Shown: piece by piece, positions 18,501 through 27,851 of the stretch
Numbering within the stretch: position 1 is the stretch's first letter
Layout: each line of letters starts with the position of its first letter
Virus record (IMG/VR): IMGVR_UViG_3300025450_000013
DNA: 64,000 nucleotides
Source of the DNA: a virus
Direction: 5' to 3' (one strand)
Notes under the pieces: model-generated
Told to the model about the DNA's origin: nothing
What the model saw: only the letters and a program-made list of their open reading frames with translations
The model's database searches: none
Translations under genes and position numbers: made by a program

Positions 18501-19852
18501 CCGGTATTACTTAATCCGATAGCCACCCAGCTACTTGCTCCAACCTGAACAGGTGATGATTGATTCGTTGTGTTATTATTACCTAATTCACCAGCTGAAC
18601 CATAACCCCAAGTCCATACTGTATTATCTGCTCTTAATGCTATTGCACTATTAAAACCAGACATTATAGCTTTCCATGAACTTGTTCCAACCTGAACAGG
18701 CGATGAATATGAAGTAGTATTATTTGTTCCGAGAGTAGGATAAAAACTTTGGCTTCCCCAAGCAAATAAAGCACCGTCTACCCTGATCGCATGCCCATAA
18801 GTTCCACCAGTATTATCCCCAACACTTGCCATTACCCAACTACTTGTTCCAACATGAGTTGGTAATGTAACGTATGATGAATTTGTTGGTGTATAAGTAG
18901 TATAACCCCAAAAAAATAAAGCACCAGTTGTTGTTATACCGACGGTTGTTGAACTAGCGGCTGCTATACTCGACCAACTACTTGTTCCAATCTGGACTGG
19001 AGATGAATAGTTAGTATTAACACCATTACCAAGCTGCCATACGTTATTATTACCCCATGCCCACAGTGTTCCGTCTGATCTAATTGCGTATGTTTGTAAT
19101 GTTCCACAAGAAACAGCTTTCCATGAACTTGATCCAATTTGAATAGGGGATGCATACGTTAAAGTGTTATTAACACCTAACTGACCGCTACTACCAATAC
19201 CCCATCCCCATAAAGAACCATCTGATCTTATTGCCATTGTATGACTAGTGCCAGAAGATACTGATTTCCAACTTAAATTTCCTATCTGTGTTGGTGTGTA
19301 ACCAGCATTTAAACCTAACTGACCGGAATTGTTATTACCACATCCCCACAAAGTATTATCTGATGCAATTGCACAGGCATGAGAGTCACCTCCGGAAACA
19401 GCTTTAAAACTCATTCCGACTCCAATTTGAATTGGAGATGAAGTTGATGTAGTGTTTCCATTACCAAATTGGTAATAAGTATTAAAACCCCATGCCCACA
19501 GTGTTCCGTCAGTTTTTATTCCATAACCAGTTGATGAACCGATAGAAACAGCTGTCCAGCTTGTGGAACCAGGAGAAGGAGCCTTTGTTGCTATAAAAAG
19601 TAAACCTTGACCTAAAGTGTAATTGTTAGTGGCACCCCATGTGAACAAAGCACCATCAGATCTAATTGCCGCTGTAACGTTTAATCCTGCACTGACTACA
19701 GACCAACTACTTGTTCCAATTAAAACAGGCGATGAATAGCTAGTAGTAGTTCCATAACCAATAGTTCCTGATGTTCCACGACCCCAGGTAAATAGATTTT
19801 TTTTAGTAGAACCTCCAGAACTTGATTTTAATAATAGTTCATGTAATAGCAT
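15563..19852 (-). CDS. RCC1/BLIP-II repeat multi-propeller protein (putative adhesin)
   Basis: Roughly 27 repeats of ~52 aa: AIRSDGALFAWG.N..GQLG.......SSPVQIGTSSW..VS.G. Confidence 0.88.
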   Translation of the reverse strand: MLLHELLLKSSSGGSTKKNLFTWGRGTSGTIGYGTTTSYSSPVLIGTSSWSVVSAGLNVTAAIRSDGALFTWGATNNYTLGQGLLFIATKAPSPGSTSWTAVSIGSSTGYGIKTDGTLWAWGFNTYYQFGNGNTTSTSSPIQIGVGMSFKAVSGGDSHACAIASDNTLWGCGNNNSGQLGLNAGYTPTQIGNLSWKSVSSGTSHTMAIRSDGSLWGWGIGSSGQLGVNNTLTYASPIQIGSSSWKAVSCGTLQTYAIRSDGTLWAWGNNNVWQLGNGVNTNYSSPVQIGTSSWSSIAAASSTTVGITTTGALFFWGYTTYTPTNSSYVTLPTHVGTSSWVMASVGDNTGGTYGHAIRVDGALFAWGSQSFYPTLGTNNTTSYSSPVQVGTSSWKAIMSGFNSAIALRADNTVWTWGYGSAGELGNNNTTNQSSPVQVGASSWVAIGLSNTGSNYDNALFAVRAGDFSLWGWGANISYTVGTGTSTNQSSPVQISTGNFSQPAGVYVIGDFRNSAIAGAINSTGSLFTWGVGAQLGSPAGTTIQTLSQIGFSSWTAVSCGYSYTMAIRSDGGLFATGAQATYGQLGTNDLVNRGSFSQIGTSSWKAISASFWVSSAIRSDGALFTWGYGGTGTLGTNSITTQSSPVQIGTSSWTSVSVSLSTVMAIRSDGALFAWGTNTYGQLGTNNATTYSSPVQIGTSSWKAVSVLGGYSSLLLRTDGLLFQTCAINSAVGGGAGIFSISSPVQIGTSSWSVLPTGGGSGNTDNFCGGGVIDSLGALYTWGGYGGNTITVGRIIPTTINSPVQIGTSSWKAVSIGHSTALAISSDNTLWSWGYTTLISGQAFSDAPYQISKSSWTSVAAGASHVGAIRSDGGLFMWGSNTNGSLGLNSTLVVQTPVQVGTNSWKVLGLNGNNVSGTTVAIRADGTLWAWGYNVFYQLGNGNTTATSSPVQIGTSSWNAVSLGHAHVLGVTTDGSLWAWGTSTYGALATDVTGSLAQLGTNSWSAISLGLYANFAIRNDGALFGWGNGAYGQLGQNNNLSYYSPVQVGTSSWKSVSVGYCHVLAIRADNTLWSWGYNAGGELGQNIAQYTYVSSPVQVGTSSWTSISTGVNQSAGIRSGGSLFSWGYNASGALGVNTATAFYSSPVQVGTSSWTLVSVGSSCALAIRADGTLWGWGYNFYNTLGTNNATTYSSPVQIGTSSWKAVSCGGFGSLGIKLDGTLWGWGYQAYWGYGYLGTGNLTSYSSPVQIGTSSWTAVCIQNGSSGDYSSWMLRIDGVLFGTGLNASSGSNYLGGTDTSTFILSSPTQIGTGFSFIPNCNGGSTAAAIGNNGALYTGGAAYTGNPARGSTITSPTKIGNSSWTAVYASQYSSYGIRSDSALFVWGYNSSGYGELGNGTISGNVFSPTQLGSSSWAAVSASFSFTAVGLTR

Positions 19853-19861
19853 AATTGACCT

Positions 19862-20356
19862 TTATTGCGGAGGAGTTGGCCAGCTAACACTATTAGTTGC
19901 TGGAGGAAATTCAGTTGGACCGAAAGTGAAAGATGCTGGAAAATCTCTCAATTGTTGTCTATAAGTTTGCCATTCTGTGAACCAAGTATCATTTTTCATT
20001 TTTAAAATATCAGCAGCCATAGTCCAATCGCTCTCAAATAATTTTCCATCTCTTTCCAATCTAATCTGCCTTAAAAACATTTGTTGAGTGATTAATGGAT
20101 CTTCTTTTTGTATTGTATTTAGTGTATAATTAGATGTTACTTTTTCACCATCAAACGAAAATGTTGGAGTATTTAAAGTGTAAATTGTTGAGTCGTAATC
20201 GGGAACATCGTCTATGACAATATACCAACCAAAAGTAAGTAAAGTTTCTGGGTCATCACCAATTAAATTGAATCCGCTTACATTTCTCCAATTCATTGGT
20301 AATGCATAATGGATTTCTTTAATTTCATTATCTTCTATAAAAGCATATATTGTCAT
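19862..20356 (-). CDS. Tail fibre assembly chaperone-like protein
   Basis: C-terminal IRLERDGKL.ESDWT...W.TYRQQLRDFP......WPTPP motif. Confidence 0.8.
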   Translation of the reverse strand: MTIYAFIEDNEIKEIHYALPMNWRNVSGFNLIGDDPETLLTFGWYIVIDDVPDYDSTIYTLNTPTFSFDGEKVTSNYTLNTIQKEDPLITQQMFLRQIRLERDGKLFESDWTMAADILKMKNDTWFTEWQTYRQQLRDFPASFTFGPTEFPPATNSVSWPTPPQ

Positions 20357-20369
20357 TTAATAATTCCTC

Positions 20370-21200
20370 TTATACGCCTGTCATGGAGGCGACGCCTTTC
20401 CATGTTGTTCCGCCATCGTCAGTTACGAAAGTTAAAATATCAATACCAGATGTTGTTAGTGTGGGTGCTGTACCACCTGACCATTTTACGGCGGCTGGCC
20501 ATACCTGTGTTCCTGTGCCGCCGTTTGTTAGTTTGAATATAAAACCATAAGTTCTATTGGTAGGAACGTTTGTGAATGACCAGGTGACACCACCAGAGGC
20601 GGTGAATGTATAATAATTTCCTTGCGAACAATCAATGGTACCGGATGAAGCCGCCACCGTTTTCATAGTATAGTTACCAAAGATATCAAAGTTAGATGGT
20701 GAGGCTGCTGTATTACCGATACTTACGTTGGAAGTAATATACAGTTTACCATTAAATACTACACCCGTTGTATTCTGTAGTGCGGTATTTGCTATACCAA
20801 ACGCAGCGTTAGTAACAGCCCAGTTCTGTCCTAACTGAGTTAGTGTAGAGTATGTGGCAGATGTATAGTTGTTGGTTGATGTGGTTGATGTATTGGTATA
20901 ACTATTAGCAGGTGTTAAATCTACCGTAATGGCAGAACCATTTACCAAAACAGCAGAAGCATTAATTGAACCAACAACGTCTAAGGCATAAACAGCACTA
21001 CTTCTTCCAATACCTAAACTACCTGTTGGAAAGTATAAACTACCGTTATATACCGTTCCAGATGTATTCTGAAGAAAAGGAAAACTATTGCCAGAATATA
21101 TCCACTTAGTTGATGCTGACACATATACATACTGATTACCACTAGTGGAATCATAATATACTTGCCCGTTTGTCGGTGATGCTGGGAAATTAAGTGCCAT
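20370..21200 (-). CDS. Short fibre/adaptor protein
   Basis: N-terminal MALNFPASPTNGQVY; C-terminal WPAAVKWSGGTAPTLT.SGIDILTFVTDDGGTTW module. Confidence 0.7.
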   Translation of the reverse strand: MALNFPASPTNGQVYYDSTSGNQYVYVSASTKWIYSGNSFPFLQNTSGTVYNGSLYFPTGSLGIGRSSAVYALDVVGSINASAVLVNGSAITVDLTPANSYTNTSTTSTNNYTSATYSTLTQLGQNWAVTNAAFGIANTALQNTTGVVFNGKLYITSNVSIGNTAASPSNFDIFGNYTMKTVAASSGTIDCSQGNYYTFTASGGVTWSFTNVPTNRTYGFIFKLTNGGTGTQVWPAAVKWSGGTAPTLTTSGIDILTFVTDDGGTTWKGVASMTGV

Positions 21201-21231
21201 ATATTTGTTCCATTTTCCTTGTTATTTAGGT

Positions 21232-22203
21232 TTATTTTATTGCTATTCCTACTGGAGCAGCACCACTAGCCAACGTAGCCCATGCTTGAGTAACTACACC
21301 AGCAGGAGTAATCTTGGATACGGTACCGTTACCAAGATTAGCAGTATAAACATTACCAGAACTATCTATTGCTATTCCATATGGACCAGCACCACTAGCC
21401 AACGTAGCCCATGCTTGAGTAACTACACCAGCAGGAGTAATCTTGGATACGGTATTGTTAGAATAATTAGCAGTATAAACATTACCAGAACTATCTATTG
21501 CTATTGCTACTGGAGCAGCACCACTAGCCAACGTAGCCCATGCTTGAGTAACTACACCAGCAGGAGTAATCTTGGATACGGTACCGTTAGAATAATTAGC
21601 AGTATAGAAATTACCAGAACTATCTATTGCTAATCCAGCTGGATTAGCACCGCTAGCCAATGTAGCCCATGCTTGAGTAACTACACCAGCAGTAGTAATC
21701 TTGGATACGGTATTGTTACCAAGATTAGCAGTATAAACATTACCAGAACTATCTATTGCTATTCCATATGCAGCAGCACCACTAGCCAACGTAGCCCATG
21801 CTTGAGTAACTACACCAGCAGGAGTAATCTTGGATACGGTATCGTTAAGTTGGTTAGCAGTATAAACATTACCAGAACTATCTATTGCTATTCCATATGG
21901 ACCAGCACCACTAGCCAACGTAGCCCATGCTTGAGTAACTACACCAGCAGGAGTAATTTTAGATACGGTATTGTTAGAATAATTAGCAGTATAAACATTA
22001 CCAGAACTATCTATTGCTATTGCTACTGGAGCACCACTAGCCAATGTAGCCCATGCTTGAGTAACTACACCAGCAGTAGTAATCTTGGATACGGTACCGT
22101 TACCATTATTAACCGTATAGACACTAGGAATAAGTTTAAAAAGATTAGCAGCAAACCCTAATGCTCTAGCAGACATTGATCCTATAGTTGTAATACTTGG
22201 CAT
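21232..22203 (-). CDS. Seven-bladed NHL beta-propeller with near-identical blades
   Basis: Seven copies of GVVTQAWATLASG within a ~42-aa unit (P..IAIDSSGNVYTAN..N.TVSKIT). Confidence 0.88.
   Translation of the reverse strand: MPSITTIGSMSARALGFAANLFKLIPSVYTVNNGNGTVSKITTAGVVTQAWATLASGAPVAIAIDSSGNVYTANYSNNTVSKITPAGVVTQAWATLASGAGPYGIAIDSSGNVYTANQLNDTVSKITPAGVVTQAWATLASGAAAYGIAIDSSGNVYTANLGNNTVSKITTAGVVTQAWATLASGANPAGLAIDSSGNFYTANYSNGTVSKITPAGVVTQAWATLASGAAPVAIAIDSSGNVYTANYSNNTVSKITPAGVVTQAWATLASGAGPYGIAIDSSGNVYTANLGNGTVSKITPAGVVTQAWATLASGAAPVGIAIK
21240..22110. repeat. Tandem ~126-bp repeat x7 (coding)
   Basis: Near-identical units, e.g. gtagcccatgcttgagtaactacaccagcag recurring every ~126 nt. 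Confidence 0.92.
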
Positions 22204-22212
22204 TTATATCTC

Positions 22213-25200
22213 CTAGAATTGTGTCAACGAAGCAAGAACTGTATAAGTTGCTGAACCTGTCTTTACTATGGTGTATGTGTAAACATCTATACCATTAGAA
22301 TTACCAGAACTAGGAGGGGATGCTCCTTGCCAGTAAGGAGTAACCGACGTACCATCAATTTGGAATCCTGTTTGATAATATGCTATTGCACCTTGTGTGG
22401 CCATAAATGCTAATGTTACGGTACTTCCGATATTTACTGCTGCATTGTATGTTGAACCTAACCATCCAACATTTATTGTCCAGTTAGCTGTAGAGTTTGC
22501 TGTGTAATAAATAATAGATCCTTGGTTTGGATTAAAACTTATAGTTCCTGTTGCACCAGAAGCAACGATCTTAGTAGTTTCCATTACACTGTTAGCAACC
22601 ATATTAGGTATGGTAACAGTTCCTGAGAATGTGGCACCGCTTAGTGGTGCATAACCACTTGAGGATGTATTGGCAGAATAACCAGAAGGAGATGCCTGAA
22701 CCCATTGGGATCCGTTTGTATCGGTATAGTAGATAAACAAAATTCCTGTATTACTATCCCACCACATATTACCAACACTAGGTGAAGAAGGTGGTGTAGA
22801 ACCAACATTGACAGAAGAACCTGAACCTGTGGATATAACATTTCCATTTATAAGAATGTTAGCAGCATTAATGGTACCATTAACGTCTAGTTTATAACCA
22901 GCAGTTGTTCTACCAATAGCAACGTTACCAGGAATATATAAATCGCCTGCAAGAGAAACACCAGAGGTATTCTGTAATGCGGTGTTTGCCACACCAAAGG
23001 CCGCATTAATAACACCAAAGGCACTATTAACTGCCGTATAAGTTGTATTGGTAAGACCAAAAGCAGCAATAGTGTTGGTTGATACACCATTAGCAAAACC
23101 AAAAGCGGCAGCACCATTAGTTGAAGTATAAGCATTATTTGCCACACCAAAGGCCGCATTAATAACACCAAAGGCACTATTAACTGCCGTATAAGTTGTA
23201 TTGGTAAGACCAAAGGCCGCAGCACCATTTGCTATAGTATAAAATGTAGCATTGGCATAATTGTTTGCATTAGTACCTACAGTATTAGCATATACGTTTG
23301 ACCAGTTATTGGCACCAATACCAGCATTTACAACGTCTGTATTGGATGCAATATAGGTTGTAATAGGTGCTGCATCATTAGAGGTAAATGACCAAGCATT
23401 TGCAGACTCAATCCATAGAATTGCCGCATTAGAGTTTCTTGCACCCCTATTAATTTCTATACCAGCATTTTCTACAGGAACAACACTACTAGGAATATCG
23501 GCATTTAGAGTAATCATATTATCGCCGATATACAAGTTACTTGTATTCAGGGATGTAGAAAGTCCTGAAATGGTAAGGTTACCTTGAACGACAAGATCCC
23601 CTGTAATGGTATCACCGGCCTTCTTTACATAGGTAGAACCAGCATATGTATTAGCATTGTTGGCAACTGTACCTGCTTGGTTAGCAGCACCAAATGCGGC
23701 ATTTGCAATTGTACCTGCTCCGTTTGCCATAACACCGGCATAATTATTTGCTGATGTGGCAATTGTGTTGGCGTATGTATTAGCATTAACACCAACGGTA
23801 TTAGAGTAAACATTAGACCAGTTATTTGTTGAAGCAAACGATGGAACAACATTTACGCCATTGACAACCAATGCGTTTGCTATATTAGCAGTACCAGCAA
23901 CATCCAACTTATACTGTGGATTTGTTGTACCGATACCAACATTGGCACCACCAACAGAATCCTGAATACGCATAGCTTCGTTTGATGCTAAAGTTCCACG
24001 AACGAAGAATGAAACATATTTGTTTGTTACTGATGTATTGGCAGTACCAATTGAGAGAGCACCATCAGATGTATAAACATATCCGTCATCTGCACCGTTG
24101 ATTGTCCAACCTGCCTGATTATATCCGGAACTATTGATACCAACGTCAATAAAGTTTGTAGTATCTGTACCGTTATCGGCAGTTGCAACCAAGTCAGATG
24201 AAGAACCAACACCGTTTGTTGCGTTGCGGATATTCAACTGAGTTGTAAAGTTTGATGTACCTTCAGCATCAAAGATAGCACCGGCAAGTGTGGTTGATGT
24301 GGCACTACCTGTAATAATTTGAACTGGATATGCAGGATTTGCTGTACCAAGACCAATGTAACCAGATGGTGTCAAAGACATAAGAATGTTTGTACCAACA
24401 CCACCAGCAAAGAATTGTAGGCCATCGGATGTACCGACACTGATACGACCATTGCCTGTTACATAATCAACAACAATACCATCTGTAAATGAACCGGTGA
24501 AATTATTTCCTGAATATAGACCGTTATTAGCAGTAATATAACCAGTATGAATTAGATTTCCGTTAAATACAGTGCCACTGGTATTTGATAATTTTGTTGA
24601 TGCATAACCATTGGCACTATTGGCCATAACACCTGCATAGTTATTAGCTGCTGCTACTGAATTATTGACATATGGATAATCCATACCAGGGCTTACAGCA
24701 ACATTTGCAGCGGAAGTCAAACGACCATAGGCATCAACAGTAATTACTGGAATTGATGTAGAACCACCATATGTAGCTGCTGTAACACCAGTAGAAATTA
24801 GATTGATTGTAGGTGTTGTACCACCAGAGCTAAAGATTTGTCCTGATGTACCAGTAACGGATGCTACTTTGGTTGCAGCAACGGCATTTGCAGCATTGGC
24901 CATTGCACCAGCATAACCATTAGCACTATTAGCCATAGCACCAGCATAATTGTTTGCAGATGTGACACCTACTTGTGCAATATCGTTGGCCGCAGCACCA
25001 ACTGATACTGCATATCCATTAGAGGAGTTAGCCATAACACCAGCATAGTTGTTTGCTGCTACGGCAATTGTGTTAGCATATGAATTAGCATATACCGCAA
25101 CCTGATTGGCCAAAGAGTTGGAACTATTGGCCATAGAACCGGCAAAGTTATTAGCAGATCCGGCAGATGTTGCTGTATAACCATTGGCAGCATTTGCCAT

Positions 25201-27810
25201 TGCACCAGCATAATTATTGGCTGATGTTGTGGATGCATTTGTATAGTTATTTGCAGCAATTGCTATTGTATTAGAATATCCGTTAGCAGCAATGGTAGCA
25301 AAGTTTACGTAAGCATTTCCTGCCGTACCAACAAAGTTAGCATATGCATTGCCTGAAGCACCAATTGTTATAGCATAAGCATTTGCTGATGTGGTTGACA
25401 GGTTGACATAAGCATTTCCAGAAATACCTACGGTATTACTATAGGCATTAGATGCTGCTAAACCAACATTGGCATTATTGTATGCTGCATTAGCAACACC
25501 AAAGGCCGCATTGGTAACATTAAATGCTACGTTATCTTGAGCACCTAAAGCATTAGCACCACCAAATACGGTATTTACAAGGTTAAATGCCGCAACTCCG
25601 ATATTGGCTTGTAAAGTTCCATATTCGGACGCTGTTAGATGGAAGAACTCTGTGTTTGGTAACCCACCTTGAATACCAGCCAAAGAGTTATGCGCAGGAT
25701 TGGTAGGAACACTGGCAGATGGTGCAGTTGTAATGTTTAGCGCACGAGGAGCAACGGCAAGTTGTGCTTTACCGGATGTGTTAAATGAGTTTTTTGCGAA
25801 CCATGTAAATTGGTATGCAAAGACATACTCAACACCTTGTAGTGATGACCAATCCCATGTTGTAATGTCTTCCAACTGTGCCGCAGAAGATGAACCAAAT
25901 TCACCTCTACCATTGACGAATATAAAACGACCGGCACCTTGATAGGTTGTAAATAACAAATAAGAGTTATAATAATTATTATTTTTTCCTGCTGTCAGTG
26001 TACCATTATTATCCCACTGGATGATACCACCATCGTGATAATAAGGCATATCGGAAAAACCCCAGGTCCATACATCAGGACCTGAAGATAATCTATAATA
26101 TGTGATATAGTTATTACTTGCAACACCTGTAACGTTCAATGCTGATTGAGTTTTTGTTAAGGACTCTTCTTGTAATATGGTGGTACTAACACTAATAAGA
26201 TTATTAGCATTTGATGTACCACCTACAGTATATCCGCTTAATGCACCTACAGTTGTTGCTCTTGTACCAAGAACAGTATGTAAATAATAATCTAATGTTG
26301 TTGTTGAAGAAGATAAGAACCTTTTATCATCCAAATGGAACATTGGGCTAGTATAAGAATTATATTGAATGAAGGCAACTGGAACAGTGGTTGGGTCATT
26401 CATATTCCATGCTGTTGTAGAAACTGTTAGTGTGCCATTTGTATCGTTATTAATACTAACCCAATAATTACCATTAGCGGCAGGTGCTGATATCGCAAGA
26501 TTTGCAGTTCTGGCACCATAACAAACATATCGCTGGCCATTCATATAGTAAGCCCAACCATTGTTTGTATTAGCAAGAGTGAATGTATTGTTTTGATATC
26601 CACCAAGTGAAATGGATGTATCACTTTGCCTTACAAAACCACGCATCTGGAGATCGTATGTGGTATTGGCAGAGGTTGATGCTGCTACGTTTGAGATTCC
26701 GTATACGGTATTGACAATACCAAATACAGCGTTTGTTAGTGTATAGTTAGCATTTCCTGAAACATAACCAGCATTAGCAACACCAAATGCAGCATTAGAA
26801 ACTTGATAAGCACCTATAGTAGCATAAGATGCCTCAGTATAAGCATTGACCGCATTTGCCATTGCACCAGCATAGTTATTAGCTGCCGATGTGGAAACAT
26901 TTACATAGGCATTACCTGAAACACCAACGGTATTAGCCCAGGTATTAGATGCTGAGGTTGATAAGTTGACATAAGCATTTACTGCCGCAACCGCAACGTT
27001 TGTATAGTTATTGGATGCTATTGCTACTGTATTGGCATAGGCATTGGCATTTACTCCAATTGATCCGGAATAAGCATTAGCAGCAGCACCTACAAAGTTA
27101 GCATAAGCATTACCGGAGATACCAATGGTATAAGCATAACCATTGGAACTATTTGCCATGATTCCAGCATAGTTATTACCTGATGCACCAACTGATACTG
27201 CATAACCATTGGAAGCATTTGCCATAGCACCGGCATAATTATTAGCACTTTGAGTTGCTGTATTTACATAAACATTACCTGAGGCACCAACTGTATTTGC
27301 CCAGTTGTTAGCAGCAACAGAGATAGCATTAGCATTACCGTAGGCAGCATTGGCAACAATAAAAGCAGCATTAGCAATTCCACCAACTGTGTTGGCATAA
27401 CCACCAACTGTATTTGTTGACCCAAAAGATGCATTAATAACACCAAATGCACTATTAACTGCGGCATAAGTCGTATTGGTTAAACCAAATGCTACATTGG
27501 TAGTATCATATGACGAATTAGCAACTGTGTATGCCGCATTAGCCTTATTAAATGCAGGAGAAAGATCCGGTGTCAAAGATGCTGCATAAGCATTAGCACT
27601 ATTAGCCATAGCACCTGCATAGTTATTTGCAGCATTTGTAGATGTGTATGTATAAGCATTAGAGGAATTTGCCATATAACCAGCATAGTTATTGGCAGAA
27701 ATGATTGATGCTAGAACGTTTTGCCCGGCAACCAACAGTGTTGGATTTGTGATGTTTGCATTAGCAGTGACAACTAGCCCATTGCGGACTACAAATTCTT
27801 TGTTTGACAC
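22213..27810 (-). CDS. Long tail fibre-like protein (1865 aa)
   Basis: GTG start, N-terminal KEFVVRNGL; long Ala/Asn heptads; TGVTAATYG..IPVITVDAYGR; GIGT repeats; C-terminal GIDVYTYTIVKTGSATYTVLASLTQF module. Confidence 0.8.
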   Translation of the reverse strand: MSNKEFVVRNGLVVTANANITNPTLLVAGQNVLASIISANNYAGYMANSSNAYTYTSTNAANNYAGAMANSANAYAASLTPDLSPAFNKANAAYTVANSSYDTTNVAFGLTNTTYAAVNSAFGVINASFGSTNTVGGYANTVGGIANAAFIVANAAYGNANAISVAANNWANTVGASGNVYVNTATQSANNYAGAMANASNGYAVSVGASGNNYAGIMANSSNGYAYTIGISGNAYANFVGAAANAYSGSIGVNANAYANTVAIASNNYTNVAVAAVNAYVNLSTSASNTWANTVGVSGNAYVNVSTSAANNYAGAMANAVNAYTEASYATIGAYQVSNAAFGVANAGYVSGNANYTLTNAVFGIVNTVYGISNVAASTSANTTYDLQMRGFVRQSDTSISLGGYQNNTFTLANTNNGWAYYMNGQRYVCYGARTANLAISAPAANGNYWVSINNDTNGTLTVSTTAWNMNDPTTVPVAFIQYNSYTSPMFHLDDKRFLSSSTTTLDYYLHTVLGTRATTVGALSGYTVGGTSNANNLISVSTTILQEESLTKTQSALNVTGVASNNYITYYRLSSGPDVWTWGFSDMPYYHDGGIIQWDNNGTLTAGKNNNYYNSYLLFTTYQGAGRFIFVNGRGEFGSSSAAQLEDITTWDWSSLQGVEYVFAYQFTWFAKNSFNTSGKAQLAVAPRALNITTAPSASVPTNPAHNSLAGIQGGLPNTEFFHLTASEYGTLQANIGVAAFNLVNTVFGGANALGAQDNVAFNVTNAAFGVANAAYNNANVGLAASNAYSNTVGISGNAYVNLSTTSANAYAITIGASGNAYANFVGTAGNAYVNFATIAANGYSNTIAIAANNYTNASTTSANNYAGAMANAANGYTATSAGSANNFAGSMANSSNSLANQVAVYANSYANTIAVAANNYAGVMANSSNGYAVSVGAAANDIAQVGVTSANNYAGAMANSANGYAGAMANAANAVAATKVASVTGTSGQIFSSGGTTPTINLISTGVTAATYGGSTSIPVITVDAYGRLTSAANVAVSPGMDYPYVNNSVAAANNYAGVMANSANGYASTKLSNTSGTVFNGNLIHTGYITANNGLYSGNNFTGSFTDGIVVDYVTGNGRISVGTSDGLQFFAGGVGTNILMSLTPSGYIGLGTANPAYPVQIITGSATSTTLAGAIFDAEGTSNFTTQLNIRNATNGVGSSSDLVATADNGTDTTNFIDVGINSSGYNQAGWTINGADDGYVYTSDGALSIGTANTSVTNKYVSFFVRGTLASNEAMRIQDSVGGANVGIGTTNPQYKLDVAGTANIANALVVNGVNVVPSFASTNNWSNVYSNTVGVNANTYANTIATSANNYAGVMANGAGTIANAAFGAANQAGTVANNANTYAGSTYVKKAGDTITGDLVVQGNLTISGLSTSLNTSNLYIGDNMITLNADIPSSVVPVENAGIEINRGARNSNAAILWIESANAWSFTSNDAAPITTYIASNTDVVNAGIGANNWSNVYANTVGTNANNYANATFYTIANGAAAFGLTNTTYTAVNSAFGVINAAFGVANNAYTSTNGAAAFGFANGVSTNTIAAFGLTNTTYTAVNSAFGVINAAFGVANTALQNTSGVSLAGDLYIPGNVAIGRTTAGYKLDVNGTINAANILINGNVISTGSGSSVNVGSTPPSSPSVGNMWWDSNTGILFIYYTDTNGSQWVQASPSGYSANTSSSGYAPLSGATFSGTVTIPNMVANSVMETTKIVASGATGTISFNPNQGSIIYYTANSTANWTINVGWLGSTYNAAVNIGSTVTLAFMATQGAIAYYQTGFQIDGTSVTPYWQGASPPSSGNSNGIDVYTYTIVKTGSATYTVLASLTQF
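22978..23103. repeat. 126-bp exact dispersed repeat, copy 2
   Basis: Identical to 1404-1529. Confidence 0.9.
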
Positions 27811-27843
27811 TTGGTTCCCTTTCCCCTAAATGTCTATTTGATC

Positions 27844-27851
27844 TATTTATA
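27844..27851 (-). promoter_or_regulatory. T4-type late promoter TATAAATA
   Basis: Exact match upstream of the long fibre gene. Confidence 0.78.

Noticed and set aside
21240-22110. Possible CRISPR array or DGR variable repeats
   Set aside because: Units are in-frame 126-bp coding repeats without unique spacers; differences are not adenine-specific; no reverse transcriptase or cas gene in the window
21205-22161. Antisense repeat ORFs (142 and 162 aa) over the NHL gene
   Set aside because: Shadow frames of the tandem repeat with no independent evidence
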